A stretch of 64,000 bases of DNA from Octopus vulgaris (lineage: Eukaryota), in the NCBI GenBank assembly GCA_951406725.2, contig OX597818.1, positions 31,620,001 through 31,684,000 of the forward strand, written 5' to 3'. This document shows, in pieces, positions 44,079 to 58,498 of this stretch. Position 1 is the first letter of the stretch, and the number at the start of each line of letters is the position of its first letter. The position numbers and the translations under genes were made by a program. Below the pieces are notes generated by a model that had not been told where the DNA came from, ran no database searches, and was given only the letters and a program-made list of their open reading frames with translations.

Positions 44079-44186
44079 TGTATGTATGTATGTATGTATG
44101 TATGTATGTATGTATGTATGTATGTATGTTTGTATGTATGTGTGTATGTATGTATGTATGTATGTATGTATGTATGTTTGTATGTA
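43340..44186. repeat. (TATG)n microsatellite field interrupted by the RTE fragment
   Basis: Direct inspection. Confidence 0.97.
43478..43640 (+). mobile_element. 5'-truncated RTE-type LINE 3' end
   Basis: Encodes FSCQFCTRHCRSLAGLKSHIRSQHQ* (CxxC...GLxSHxR finger typical of RTE/BovB-like ORF ends), then a short 3'UTR and an (ATGT)n tail. Confidence 0.7.
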
Positions 44187-44631
44187 GATATTAGATCTGT
44201 TAAAAGAAGAATTAAAAGCATTACATTGAATAACATACGAAAAATCTCATAATGTTGTTATAATACTCAGAGGGTAACATAGGTACGGTGATTGATGGTG
44301 TAAAATGAGACTAAACTCGGGTTTAGAATGAAACTAATTAATGTGGTGTTAACTTTGGCTAAGGATGTTCAAACTGCATGGAACATAAAGCAAGGAATGA
44401 CAGTCTCTTATGGCAGACGAAACAACTTAAATCTCAATATGAGAACTGAAGAAAGAGCAGAGGTGGAAGAAAAGGAAGAAGAGAACAATTATATTAATGT
44501 TTTGAAGCTAAAGTGTAAACTTAAATATCATATATTAATTCTAACAGAAATCCGTCTACACATGTCAGGGATTTATAAAGTCTTATATCCTTACCTCCAT
44601 ATATGTATGTATATATATATATTTATATATG

Positions 44632-44673
<42 letters not shown>

Positions 44674-45130
44674 GTATCTGTGTGTGTATACACAGATATG
44701 TATGTATATACTTTACATACTTTACTCATACTTTACTTATATGTGCATATATATATATGAGTATGTGTGCGCTCTCTTGCGTATGTGTGCTTACGTGTAT
44801 ATGCATGCATTAATATATATATCTGGTGTTCTCGTATCAGAGTATGTGAAACGTATATATATATGTATATAAATATATGTATAGATATGTGTATATGTGC
44901 ATATAAATATATATATGTATATATATGTATATATATGCATACACACACACACACACACACACATATCTATATATATAAGAGGGATGACCACTATGTGGAC
45001 ATCCAGTATGCTCTTATACATATGTAATGTATAATTTTTCTGAATCTTCAGATTTTTTCGATATGCTGGGCCACTGGTTTAAATAGATATTAATCAAAAT
45101 AATATTCAATGTTTTACCCTTATTATTTAA

Positions 45131-45168
<38 letters not shown>

Positions 45169-46563
45169 CTATATTGTGAGATGGTCATTTTATCCTTTTT
45201 GCCAAAACAAACGCTCAAGCTATATATTCGTCCTTCACCCGTTTATTCCTGTTCTTATTTTATTATACGTTCATTGTCCGGAGATCCTTTATCACACATC
45301 TCTGAGTTCATCTCCGGCCTTTTCCGTCCCTGTATCTTCGTCTCCGTTAGGTCCATTCTCTGTATCATTACTCTCATTGACTAAGTGGCGGTAAGAAGCT
45401 TGTTTTCCAACGACAGAGTTCTGAGTTCAATCACACAACGTGGTAACTTTTGCCAGTATCTTCTACTATAGCTTAAGACCAACCAAAACCTTGTGAGTGG
45501 ATCTGATAGAGGGAAACTGAAAGAAGCCCGTCATATGGGAAATACCGAAGTGAATTAACACTGGGTAGATTTTAAAGCATTGTCTGAGTTTCGCTATAAG
45601 ACCACCTGATCCGAAGGATATTCTGCAATATCGGCGCCATGCTGTTTTAGACATAAGCAAAGATTAGGTTAGTCATATGGCTTATTTATTTATTATTTAT
45701 TTATTGTAAATATTTTGAAGAGGTCTTGCTTGTTTCGTTGTCATGTCCACTGTACGTATATTCCGAGGGAAGACTGTACGAAACGTCAAAATTAGCTTTT
45801 TCTCATTAATCTAAATGACAACTAAGAATTTTGATGAAGTACTTGTACTACAGTCCTTATTACTTCTGATCGTTTTTTATCTCTCTCCCCACTCTCTCTC
45901 TCTTTTCAAATATATGTATGTGTGAGCGCGGGAGAATGTGCATGTGTGTAAATATATGAATAAATATATATAGTTATAAACATTCATACATATATATTCG
46001 AATATACTGACAAATTCGGAGAGATTGGGAGAATGACAGAACATATTAAACATTGATATCAAATAAAATGCGAAGCTTCAGCTTAGACGTTCAAGTATGG
46101 AATCTAAACGCAGGATAGGCCATTTTAATTCTGTTATTAAGCTACTGGGTCAAAGCTGAAGACCAATAAATGATGCTTCCTTGACACAAAAAATAAGAGG
46201 TGTGACCTAAGAATTGATTATCGATAGAAATCTCCATATGAAATGGAGGATTAAGCCCGAAAACGCATTCCTGTAAAAGGTTCTGAATTCAGAGGCACAA
46301 CCAAATTCAGAAGCACAACGCTTTGGAGAACAAATATATTGACGGACTAGCAGCACAATCTTCATACTGCAAATCGTAGAAGATTTTGTACGAATTTTTT
46401 GAGCGGTCAGTAAAAATTCATGAAGATTTAAATGATTGCCATCATGCTTAAATATTGAAGCATACACAATCCCTCAGCATAGCGGCAATGATTATGAATT
46501 ATATCCGCCACTGGACCTGGCGCATGAATACAGAGTCCTAGTCGACAGGGAATAGAGTTCTAA

Positions 46564-46798
46564 AGCGGCGAGCTGGCAGAAACGTTAGCACGCCGGGCGA
46601 AGTGCTTATGGGTATTTCGTCTTCTGCTACGTTCTGAGTTCAAATTCCGCCGAGGTCAACTGTGCCTTTCATCCTTTCGGGGTCGATAAATTTTGTACCA
46701 GTTATGCACTGAGGTCGATGTAATCGACTCAATCCCTTTGTCTGTCCTTGTTTGTTCCCTCTGAGATTAGCCCCTTGTGGGCAATAAAGAAATAAGAA
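46564..46798 (+). mobile_element. SINE family B (Nin/Deu-domain-like), full length
   Basis: gcggcgagctggcagaa…GAGTTCAAATTCC…gcctttcatcctttcggggtcgataaa. The domain name is from recollection and needs an alignment to confirm. Confidence 0.8.
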
Positions 46799-47764
46799 TA
46801 GAGTTCTTTGGTAAGCTATCGGAGGCATCTATTCAACATAGTTACCCAACAGCGTTGGACACATCAATTGAAGTGTATGTTACATGTGCAATTGGACACA
46901 CGGATAGAAGTGCATGTTACATATGCAAGAATTTAAAAGACTTGCAGCACATTAGTAGACGCGGCGGTGAGATGCTTAACAGTGTAGTGCAACGGTTTGA
47001 AAGAGGAAGCACCTGATAAGAGGAACGAAGAGCAGTCCCACATCATTATCACATTAATTCACTGAACGCTAACAATGCAGCTCATTTTCTATCTGCGACT
47101 TCATAGCTGTCCCGTATTGGTCTAGAACAGCCTCTGCATATTCACGAGGAACATAGTGGTACTCAGGCAGGAGGAGGACAATGTCATCGTCGAATTGCAG
47201 ACAGTCATTGTGTATAGGTGTGTGTAAATTTATGTATATTTAGGTATATATTTAAAGCCTATGTATACATAGATACATATATGGGTGTATATTAACATAT
47301 ATATATGTTTGTGTGTGTGTGTGTGTATGATAGTGTATTAATATATATGAGTGCGAGCGCGTACATAATATGTATATATTTATGTATACATACATACACA
47401 CATATACGTGTGTATGTTCGTTTATATAGTTTGTATATATGTGCAATATAGTTATATGCAATATTACATATAATATTACATATAAACAATATTACAAATA
47501 ATATATGTAATATTGTATATAAGTGTAATACAGTTATATGTATGTATGCATACATGTATATTTAGACAGACAAGAGAAGAGGAAAGAACAAACGATTATC
47601 TTATGAACATCCTAATCGCTTATTCCTTTGTCATCTCTTTTCTTATTATTGCTCGGTACTCAACTAACGCTTCGTTCAAAAGCATACATATATTGAGTTC
47701 TACACGAAGTTATTAGTATCGCCATGCCTAAACAATATATATACGTACATATATACATATATAA

Positions 47765-47828
<64 letters not shown>

Positions 47829-47858
47829 TATATATGTATGTATGTATATATGTATGTA

Positions 47859-48370
<512 letters not shown>

Positions 48371-48407
48371 TATGTATATATATATGTACTCTTTACTCTT
48401 TTACTCG

Positions 48408-48444
<37 letters not shown>

Positions 48445-48904
48445 TATATAAATATATATATATATATGTATGCATATAGTACACACGCACACATATACAC
48501 ATTTTCAACGCAAATATTCGCATTTATGTCTGTATGTATGGTTTAAGTTATATGATTGTAATAACAGACATATTCCGATATAGGTGATGAGAAGTAATAG
48601 AGACGATGAAGGAGGAGTTCCATATCTAGCGGAACTGTTTTCGCTCATGTCATCAGCTCTCAGATATCTAGTAGCGTATTAGTAGCGCAGTTGAACCTCA
48701 CCCAAAACTGTCGTTTCTGAATAAACTTTAAGTAGATAGATGTAAGCGAATCAATCCTTCCCAGAAATTTAACCTGACACATTCTTGCTTGATGTCTGTC
48801 TATCTGAATCTAATAGAAACCAGCCGAAATTTTTTTCAAAAGTCAAGAAAAATGCAAAAAGAAAAAGTAAAGGTTTTAATGCTAGTTTATCTGCTTTCAT
48901 TTCA

Positions 48905-49345
<441 letters not shown>

Positions 49346-50405
49346 TGTAGGCTTCTCTAGGTTTCTCTCTGCAAACTCCATCTAAATCATTTCTATTTTA
49401 TCATAATTGAAAAATAAAATGTGAATAGCGATCCTGTGACTAATGTAAACATCATGTTTTGAAATGTCAAAAAAACAACAACAACAACAACAATAATTCT
49501 TTCTGCTATAGGCACAAGCCTTAATTTTTTTCTTTTCTGTGAGGAAGTGCACTGGGTTTGTTGATTACATCACCCCCCAGTGTTTTTAACAATCTCGAAA
49601 GAATGCAAGGCAAAGTCGACCTCCTCGGCGAAATTTGAACTCAGAACAAGGCGGACGAAATGCAGCAAAGTATTTTGTCCTGACAACGACAATAATACTG
49701 GTTTTGATGATAATGATGACGACGACGATAATGACGATGAGGATGATTTCCTTATTGACCCCTAAGGATTCACGAAATGATCGATGATGACACAAGGTGA
49801 TGTTCCATATACTCGTGTAAACAGTAAAAACAACAGAAACAAAGAAACAAAAGATTTAAACAATTAATAACTCTGCAAAAGAGAGGAAACCCCCGAGGGT
49901 TGACTGTGGAAACCCCACAAAGCACCATAATTACCAAGCTGCTGTCGGTCGACCCACCTATGACCGGCTACTGTGAGGAAAACCTCCAATTATTGGTAAC
50001 TGACTCTAACGAGAGCTTTTGATGGATCTAAGTTTACCAAGGGACCGCCCATGCCAGGTTTATGAACCCTACTCTGTGATATATCGCATGAGGCAGAAGT
50101 TGTTGAGGAGAGACTTAGATGGTGCACAACTGTACGTCACCAATGCGATCATCGACGATAAGTGCTAACCATACCATGGCCAATGTCAATATTTGAAACA
50201 CTGGACTGACATTAGTAGCAACAAACCAAATACCATAGTAAAGCAAAAATGATGAAGCATACTAACACATATGTACGCCTCATACAAACTGGAGGGGAAA
50301 CACACCTGAAGAAGAAGAAGAAGAAGAGAGCCACCTTGTTCTTATTTCATGCAACAGAAACTTGAAAGAAACTGTCGAAAAAACTGTCAAATAATGAGGA
50401 GAGAG

Positions 50406-50782
50406 GAAGCACTCCGTCGGTTACGACGACGAGGCTTCCGGTTGATCCGAATCAACGGAACAGCCTGCTCGTGAAATTAACGTGTAAGTGGCTGAGCACT
50501 CCACAGACACGTGTACCCTTAACGTAGTTCTCGAGGATATTCAGTGTGACACAGAGAGTGACAAGGCCGGCCCTTTGAAATACAAGTACAACAGAAACAG
50601 GAAGTAAGAGTGAGAGAAAGTTGTGGTGAAAGAGTACAGCAGGGATCATCACCATCCCCTGCCGGAGCCTCGTGGAGCTTTAGGTGTTTTCGCTCAATAA
50701 ACACTCACAACGCCCGGTCTGGGAATCGAAACCACGATCCTATGACCTCGAGTCCGCTGTCCTAACCACTGGGCCATTGCGT
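50406..50782 (-). mobile_element. SINE family C copy
   Basis: Reverse complement of 51589-51972. Confidence 0.88.
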
Positions 50783-51588
50783 GAAATAATATAGAGTAAT
50801 GACGCTATCTTACATTTGGAGGAGATGCAAGTTCTAAATAAAGAACATTGATAACCAAGAAAACCGAACCTGGGAAATTTGTGGTGAGTGCTTATGATGA
50901 ACGTTAACCTCAAGATTTTAACGTAAAAGGCTAAGTCTAAATACTGTGAGATATTAGATCTGCATTTCTACCGTTTCTGACACCAACACCGCTACTAAAG
51001 GTAAAAAATATTTCTTGGTATTAGCATGGGCAGCGAATTTAATGTTTACAAGTTGTTGTTCTTGTGAATAAACCAAAATTGGAGATAACAAAGTTAAGCT
51101 CAATGTCGAGGGATATGGATTCAAAACTTGGAGGGACGAAATTAACTTTAATAACACAGTAATCATTCCTGCTACTGGTACAAGGCCTGGAAGTTGATGA
51201 GAGGGGGCTAATCGTTAACACTGTGTGTTCGCCTGCAACTTATTTTATCGATCCCAAAATGATGAAAGACAAAGGTGACATCGGAGGAATTTGAACCAAG
51301 AACATTAGGACAGCCGACTTCAGTATCAGAATAATTGTACGATATAATAATAATGACTTAATAATTAACTGTTATTTGTTAATATAGTAACAGTCACTCC
51401 TCTAGGAAAAAGATATTGTACGAGGAATTTGTGACGCTAAAAGATAATACTGTTGACAGAATTTGTGTCTCGACAGACATGTCATCTAAGAAAGTTCCAA
51501 TCTAAAATGGGCGATCTTAAAGTGCAATACATTGTCAGAGGCATTGACAATACATTGACAATACATTGTCAAAGTGCAATACATTTGT

Positions 51589-51972
51589 GGAGGCGCAATG
51601 GCACAGTGGTTAGGGCAGCGGACTCGCGGTCATAGGATCGCGGTTTCGATTCCCAGACCGGGCGTTGTGAGTGTTTATTGAGCGAAAACACATAAAAAGC
51701 TCCACGAGGCTCCGGCAGGGGATGGTGGTGATCCCTGCTGTACTCTTTCACCACAACTTTCTCTCACTCTTACTTCCTGTTTCTGTTGTACCTGAATTTC
51801 AAGGGGCCGGCCTTGTCACACTCTGTGTCACGCTGAATATCCCCGAGAACTACGTTAAGGGTGCATGTGTCTGTGGAGTGCTCAGCCACTTACACGTTAA
51901 TTTCACGAGCAGGCTGTTCCGTTGATTCGGATCAATCGGAACCCTCATCGTCGTAACCGACGGAGTGCTTCC
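51589..51972 (+). mobile_element. tRNA(Arg-like)-derived SINE, family C, full length
   Basis: A box TGGCACAGTGG, anticodon-like gactcgcggtc, B box GTTTCGATTCC. An inverted copy lies at 50406-50782. Confidence 0.88.
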
Positions 51973-52431
51973 ACATTGTCAGAATACTTCTTAGGACGTT
52001 TTCGTATAATACTATCAAAGCTCTTTATTACGTGACTGAAAGGAACATTTAGGAGGAAGATGATCAGGAAGAGTGGCGATTATATTTTCAACAGCGATAT
52101 ATTTATAGCCTTGTATTTCTCTGCAGTAGAGATAGGGATTGTCGGAGGATTAAGCAAAGTTCATAAAGAACCTCTTGGTAAGGGAGCAGAAAGACCTGGC
52201 AGCAATTTGAGAAGGCGAGAAATCTTTGCGAGCAATGCAATTCACAAAGGCATTACCTGATTTCTTGATACTTATCTTTTAAACGTTGCAATGATTATTA
52301 AATGCCCTCTAGGTGGAGCTGATGTGTGAAATCCTCGAGGCGTCGGAGCAGCTATGTGTGAAGCGCATGGGATTTTTTAGTGAGCATAGTGGCGGGACTA
52401 TCCTAGAAGAATAATATCAGTCACAAGTTCA

Positions 52432-52486
<55 letters not shown>

Positions 52487-53670
52487 CACATATATTTATA
52501 GATATATACATGAACATATGCATATATACAAGTTGATACTATAATTCTAAGTAGTTCCGTAGGCACTCTAACATCTACGTATATTTTCTTATGTGTGTCT
52601 GTACGAACATGCGCCGACACACACAGACTCACGCATGAACAAACACACGTACATATATACACATTTATATTGTATGACCGTCTATGTATACTATATATGT
52701 ATATATATGTAACTTATATTCGAAACTGTATTTATATAAACGGATCTGTGTGTGGGCGTGTGCATAATAAACCGAATAAACAACACTATCATTACCCTCA
52801 TTATCAATATCATCATCATCATAATCTCGTAATGATCATTCTGTGTGCTCTCTCTCTCTTTCCCTTTCTGTCTCTGTCTTCCTCTCTCTCTCCCACATGC
52901 ATAGACACACACACACACACACACACATGCACACACACACACATGCACACACACACACATATAGAAATGCATATAATATATTGGCTATGGTGTTTGACGC
53001 TATTTTATATAGTTTTTACATTTTCTGTTCTTCTGCCACATGACCACGAGTTGCAAAAAGTTATATTAAGTAGAAAATGGCAGATCATGAAAACGGATTT
53101 TCAAACTCGTTATATTTTCAGTCATTAGACTGCAGCCATGATGGATCACTGTCTCCACAGATGTCAGTTGATTATACTCACACTAATACTTGTTGCAGTT
53201 TGATACCTATTTCATACGTCTCTCTTTACACACCCACATATACACATGCGCTCGCCGGCTCACACACACACACACAAGCACACAGACACAGATACACAGA
53301 TACACACACACACAAATACACTTTCGTACCATCAACATTTCAAGAAATGTTTAACTTCGCATTTACATATGTACACACAGAGACGAACGAGAGATCCTCT
53401 ATAAGCTAGAAACTAGAAATAACGCTCAAATTCCATTCTACCATTTGAGAAAAAACAAATCCATTTGAGAAAAAACAAAAACAAAAAAAAACCCCAGAAA
53501 AGACACATTAGATAATGTCCTAGATATACTGAAAATAAAAATAAAAGACAGGATAATGACGGTTGGAACACCTTTGATCATAGGCGCTCACGATTAGCGT
53601 TGAACTTGCACCAAACAGCACGTTCCCTCTTCATTATTTACATGTTGTATAGCAAAATAGCAAATACTGA

Positions 53671-53865
53671 TGTGAAGGCGCATGGTTTAGTGGTTAGAGT
53701 ATTGAAATCATGATCGTAAGTTTGCGGTTTCGATTCCTGGACCAGATGATGCGTTGAGTTCTTTAACCAAACATTTCATTTAAAGTTGCTCCGGTCTACC
53801 CAGCTGATAAAAAAGAGCAATCATGCGACGGAACTTATATACGCCTGAGAAACCGGGAAACCTTA
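53671..53865 (+). mobile_element. SINE family D copy (degenerate)
   Basis: Aligns by eye to 4546-4791. Confidence 0.7.
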
Positions 53866-54330
53866 GCTCCTTTCGGAATAATGTGGACTGAACCTAATCA
53901 TAATAAAACCTGAGGATATTATATGCGCAGTATAACTAAATGGTTAAGATGTTTCATATTCAAATATTTAAGGCGTTGCATAGTCAAACGGTTAAACGCA
54001 ACCGCGAGGTATCGTGTTCAGTCCACTGGATGAAATTTTGGGTAAATACAGTTTTTTATAAGAATCGACTCTTATCACTTTCTTCTCTCTCTGTTCTCCC
54101 GCCTTTGTATTTCTCTCCTGATAGCTGTAAACCAGCTGTGCATATCTGTGTCCAGTCACCTAAGGTTGTGTTTAGCAAAGGCATTCTCTCTCAGTTGGGG
54201 CCCCACTTCATATGTGTGAATAGGGAATATAGTTTTCCTCTTAGTTCCCGAGTTTTCAAACCCCCATCTATCGGTGTATATAAAGACGATCACACATACA
54301 TAAAAACATACATATAGACATTATACATGT

Positions 54331-54520
54331 TTCTTTTTATTACCCACAAGGGGCTAAACATAGAGGGGACAAACAAGGACAGAGAAACGGATTAAGTCGA
54401 TTACATCGACCCCAGTGCTTAACTGGTACTTAATTTATCGACCCCGAAAGGATGAAAGGCAAAGTCGACCTTGGTGGAATTTGAACCCAGAACGTAACGG
54501 CAGACGAAATACGGCTACGC
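54331..54520 (-). mobile_element. SINE family B copy
   Basis: Reverse complement of family B. Other copies at ~1-110(-), 28531-28716(+), 33620-33752(-), 49497-49680(-), 51165-51310(-) and 55486-55695(+). Confidence 0.78.
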
Positions 54521-54667
54521 ATATAGAGAGAGAGAGAGAGAAAGATAAATATAGATATATACTTACATACATACAGATATATACATATATGTATATATAT
54601 ACATACAAGTATCCATATATACATACATATATATATATATATGCACGTATCTATCTATATATATATA

Positions 54668-54781
54668 CTTTATTTAAAGCAGCAGAAAATTCAACAAAAC
54701 CTGTTACTCTGAGTAAGTTATAGGGCAACGGGAAACTCAGAGTAACAGGTTTTGTCGAATTTTCTGCTGCTTTAAATAAAG
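54668..54781. repeat. Near-perfect 47-bp hairpin within a (TA)n context
   Basis: ctttatttaaagcagcagaaaattc…gagt / actc…gaattttctgctgctttaaataaag, with one mismatch. Confidence 0.9.
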
Positions 54782-54854
54782 CATATTACTCTACCACTGG
54801 TATTTGAGTACTCTTTTTTCCACCTTGTTTCACATTTATGTGTTTACTCCGGTA

Positions 54855-54893
<39 letters not shown>

Positions 54894-54894
54894 T

Positions 54895-54949
<55 letters not shown>

Positions 54950-56523
54950 ATGTGTATGTATACATTCATGTACATATATGTATATATGTGTGTGTGTTTG
55001 TCTGTGTGTGTATACATTGCACATCATACGTACATGTGTATCTGAACTGCCGTTATTTCTTCAAACTAACACTCGTATATATACTACTTAATGATGTGTC
55101 TGACATTGTAGTATTGTTTTATCTTTTAGATCACCAGATTGGCCGGAAGCTATTCTGCTGGATGTTTATAATTAAAGAAATATTAACCTATAATTTATCG
55201 TATAGAAAGAATTCGGATATTCCTCTTTTGTTTTCGATACGTTGCTTTACGTAGCTTAAGAAATACTATTTCTATAGTTTTCGGTCTGTGTGGTCTAGCT
55301 GAAGTTAATATTGTCTTTATCAAACTTCTCTGAATGATTTATATCACTACAATTCTCTCTTCATCAGCTGTATACATTCGAAATCTTAAACAAGACTACA
55401 CAGTAAATATTGGACTAGTCTAGTGTTCTCTTACTATGTTCTCTGAGCTGGAAGGATACCCTGCCAACATAATAATTTCTGAAGGGAAGGCGATGAACAG
55501 GCAGAATCGTTAGCATGCTCGGCAAAATGATATTCGTCTATCGTTACGTTCTGAGTTCAGATTCCAACAGGGTCGACTTTGCCTTTCATCCTTTCGTGCT
55601 CGATAAAATAAGGACCAGTTGAACACTGGGATCGATTTAATCGACTTAGCTCCTTCTTCCCCAATACTGCTAGCCTTGAGCCAAAATCTGAAATCAATAA
55701 TTTCAGAAAGGATTGTCAATGATCATCAGAATGTTGGTAAGTCTTCAATAATCCAGGTTGTTATGTAGTGAAGACATAAAGTCAACGAAATAAAAGCGTT
55801 TCGGTTCATCTTGCTGAGAAAAATCAGTGGGAAGACAGCTAAGTACAACCTGTAAATTATATTTTCTATTGAAAAAGAATAAATTGTAAAAGAAAGGAAA
55901 ATCCTTTAGCAGTTGTGAAACCAGCAGCAGTTTGAATGTTCCTCAGAAATTAGAGCGCTGTTAATTCTGGTGAAACAAAATGGTGTAAACTCTAGAGTTT
56001 TAATCAAACAGAATATCACAGACATAAAATTTACACTTAGAATAACCCATGACAAATTTAAGAATAACTATGAATTCCAACAAACGTAAGTCAGGAATAT
56101 ATTCTTGACTGAATATCAGAATGTGCTAACGCAAACTTATGGACCTCACTAACACGAAATCCGACCGGAGCTCTGTAAGCTGCAATGCTAAACCTCATGT
56201 AACGTGCAGGTGTATCCTTAATCCAGTTTTTTTTTTTTACATATCTAACTACAAAAGCTGCAACGTAGCTTCGCTGCTAAACTTTTCGGTCTGCGAGAAG
56301 TTGTTTCAAATAATTCTCCAGATAAGTGTTGCTTGAAGCACAAATTTAATGAAACTATGGTGTTGGTTTCTTTGATGTAAGCAATGTAAGTTTCCATACA
56401 TTAATTAACAAAACCTGTATGTTTTAAATAATTTATGGCTAGATATTAATAACTATTCAATATAACTAATACATATACATACATAAATACATACATACAT
56501 ACATATATATATATCTATATCTA

Positions 56524-56630
<107 letters not shown>

Positions 56631-56956
56631 TATAGTCCGAGTAGAAAACTAACTTAACAAAATTGAACTTGCATTGTTTTGTTTATATTATTAAATAAAA
56701 TGTACAAAACTGACTGAAAGTACGATACCGAACAACAAATCGGAAATGGTGATAGAAAGAGAAAAGAAGTACGAGAGAGAGGTAGAGAAAGAGAAAGGGT
56801 CTGTGTATGTGTGACTATGAGTCACATATTTTGATTTCAAATCCCAAGATTTACGCACAACAATATGTTAATCAATATCAATGATGACATCATGAATATA
56901 TTTTACTGGAAATGAATAATTAACACACACACACACACATTATATACATATGTATA

Positions 56957-57056
<100 letters not shown>

Positions 57057-57638
57057 CATATAGATGTATGTATTTATGTGTATACATGTACATTTACATG
57101 TAAATATATATATATATGTAACTTTTAGCTGTGAAACCATTTGCATAATCATTAATATATCAGGTGTTGTGTCAATATATTTGCCAGCGAGAAATACTAT
57201 CATATAGATGATCTACTTGTAGCAAAGTTGTAATTGCTTGAAATTTATTTGCAGGCAGCTGTTGGAAGAAACATAAATATATTCTTGTGTGTTTTTCATT
57301 GACAATGTGATTAAGTTGCAATCTTTACGAGCATTTTTGGCTATATTTCAATTAAAACTTTCAATGTCTAGAGTAGTCCTGAAGCCATGTTTACTTTCGA
57401 TTAAATTATACGTCTCCAATAATAGTTTTAGTAATATTTTCTTTAAATTCAAATTAATATACACACATGTATGTGTGTGTGTGTGTGTGTGTGTGTAAAT
57501 ATTAAATACACTCATGCATATGCATATATATAAATATTTGGATTTATATTTATGTTTGTACATAGATTTATAAGAATACAAACGAAAGACAACTCAACAG
57601 GTTTCGTTTGTGTGTGTGTGCCTCTCTCTCTTTCTGTA

Positions 57639-57669
<31 letters not shown>

Positions 57670-58324
57670 GTACATATACTTACATATACGTAGGTGTAGG
57701 TTGTCATAAACACAAGAAAATATTTATAATTAACGCTATTTCTTGCAGGCAATTGTTCTTATTTTGTTATAAGTTTTTCACAGCGGAAATATTTTGGTCT
57801 TGGAAACTGAAATAAATTGTGAAGACCTTGGTTGGATTTCCTTACACGTCAATGTTTCTGAATGTTTTTTTTTTTCTTTAATAATACTTTTCAAATAAAT
57901 GTCGCTATTAATAATAATTTTCCTACTGTGTCTTGTCTGTTCCTCAGTAAATGGCATGGTAAACAATGAATCTGTGTTCGGACGAGCTCAGTAATGATAC
58001 TATAGGTGAGAGGTCTGATTATGGGGTTTTATTTCACTTGTCTCAACTTTACACTACTGAAATGCTTTACCAAACTGAGATTGGTGCAGCCCCTTTTCTT
58101 TCCACATGTTACATCAGTAACGTTACTTTGGGCAATCTTATTGGAGGTCAAAAGAGTGTGTTTGTCTGCTCCTGACTACAAAGATATTTCAAGTAATTAG
58201 CAAACACAATAGAAGCCGGCCAGCCGGTTATATTCACTTCCAAGATAAAGAAATATATATTCAATTCCAAGTAACAGCTACTGGCACAAGCACCCTGAGA
58301 CACACAGACACACAAACACACATG

Positions 58325-58363
<39 letters not shown>

Positions 58364-58460
58364 CGGGAAGCTTTATGAAAATAGACAAAAGACGAAGGCA
58401 GGTGGAAAACAAACGAACAATTGTATTAGTATGGCGCTCAGGAAATATAAATAAAACAAG

Positions 58461-58498
58461 TCTTTAACGTTTCGAGCCTACGCTCTTCAACAGAAAGA
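58461..58498 (-). ncRNA. Minimal type I hammerhead ribozyme motif in the 3' pLTR
   Basis: Minus strand reads tcttt CTGTTGA A GAGC gtag GCTC GAAA CG TT aaaga: stem I tcttt/aaaga, core CUGUUGA (A6U variant), stem II GAGC/GCUC, GAAA, palindromic stem III (AACGTT). HHRs are established features of PLE pLTRs. Confidence 0.8.

Noticed and set aside
45770-45856. Possible permuted hammerhead or hairpin (gtacGAAACGTC…ttgatgaagtac)
   Set aside because: The core and stem I compete for the same bases, so it is not supportable.
46800-47205. Possible LINE RT relic (minus strand LQFDDDIVLL); similar weak hints at ~23100 and ~57400
   Set aside because: Isolated short motifs that cannot be delimited without a profile search.
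48628-48662. Minus-strand CTGATGA catgagc GAAA candidate
   Set aside because: No stem II and poor stem I; compatible with chance.
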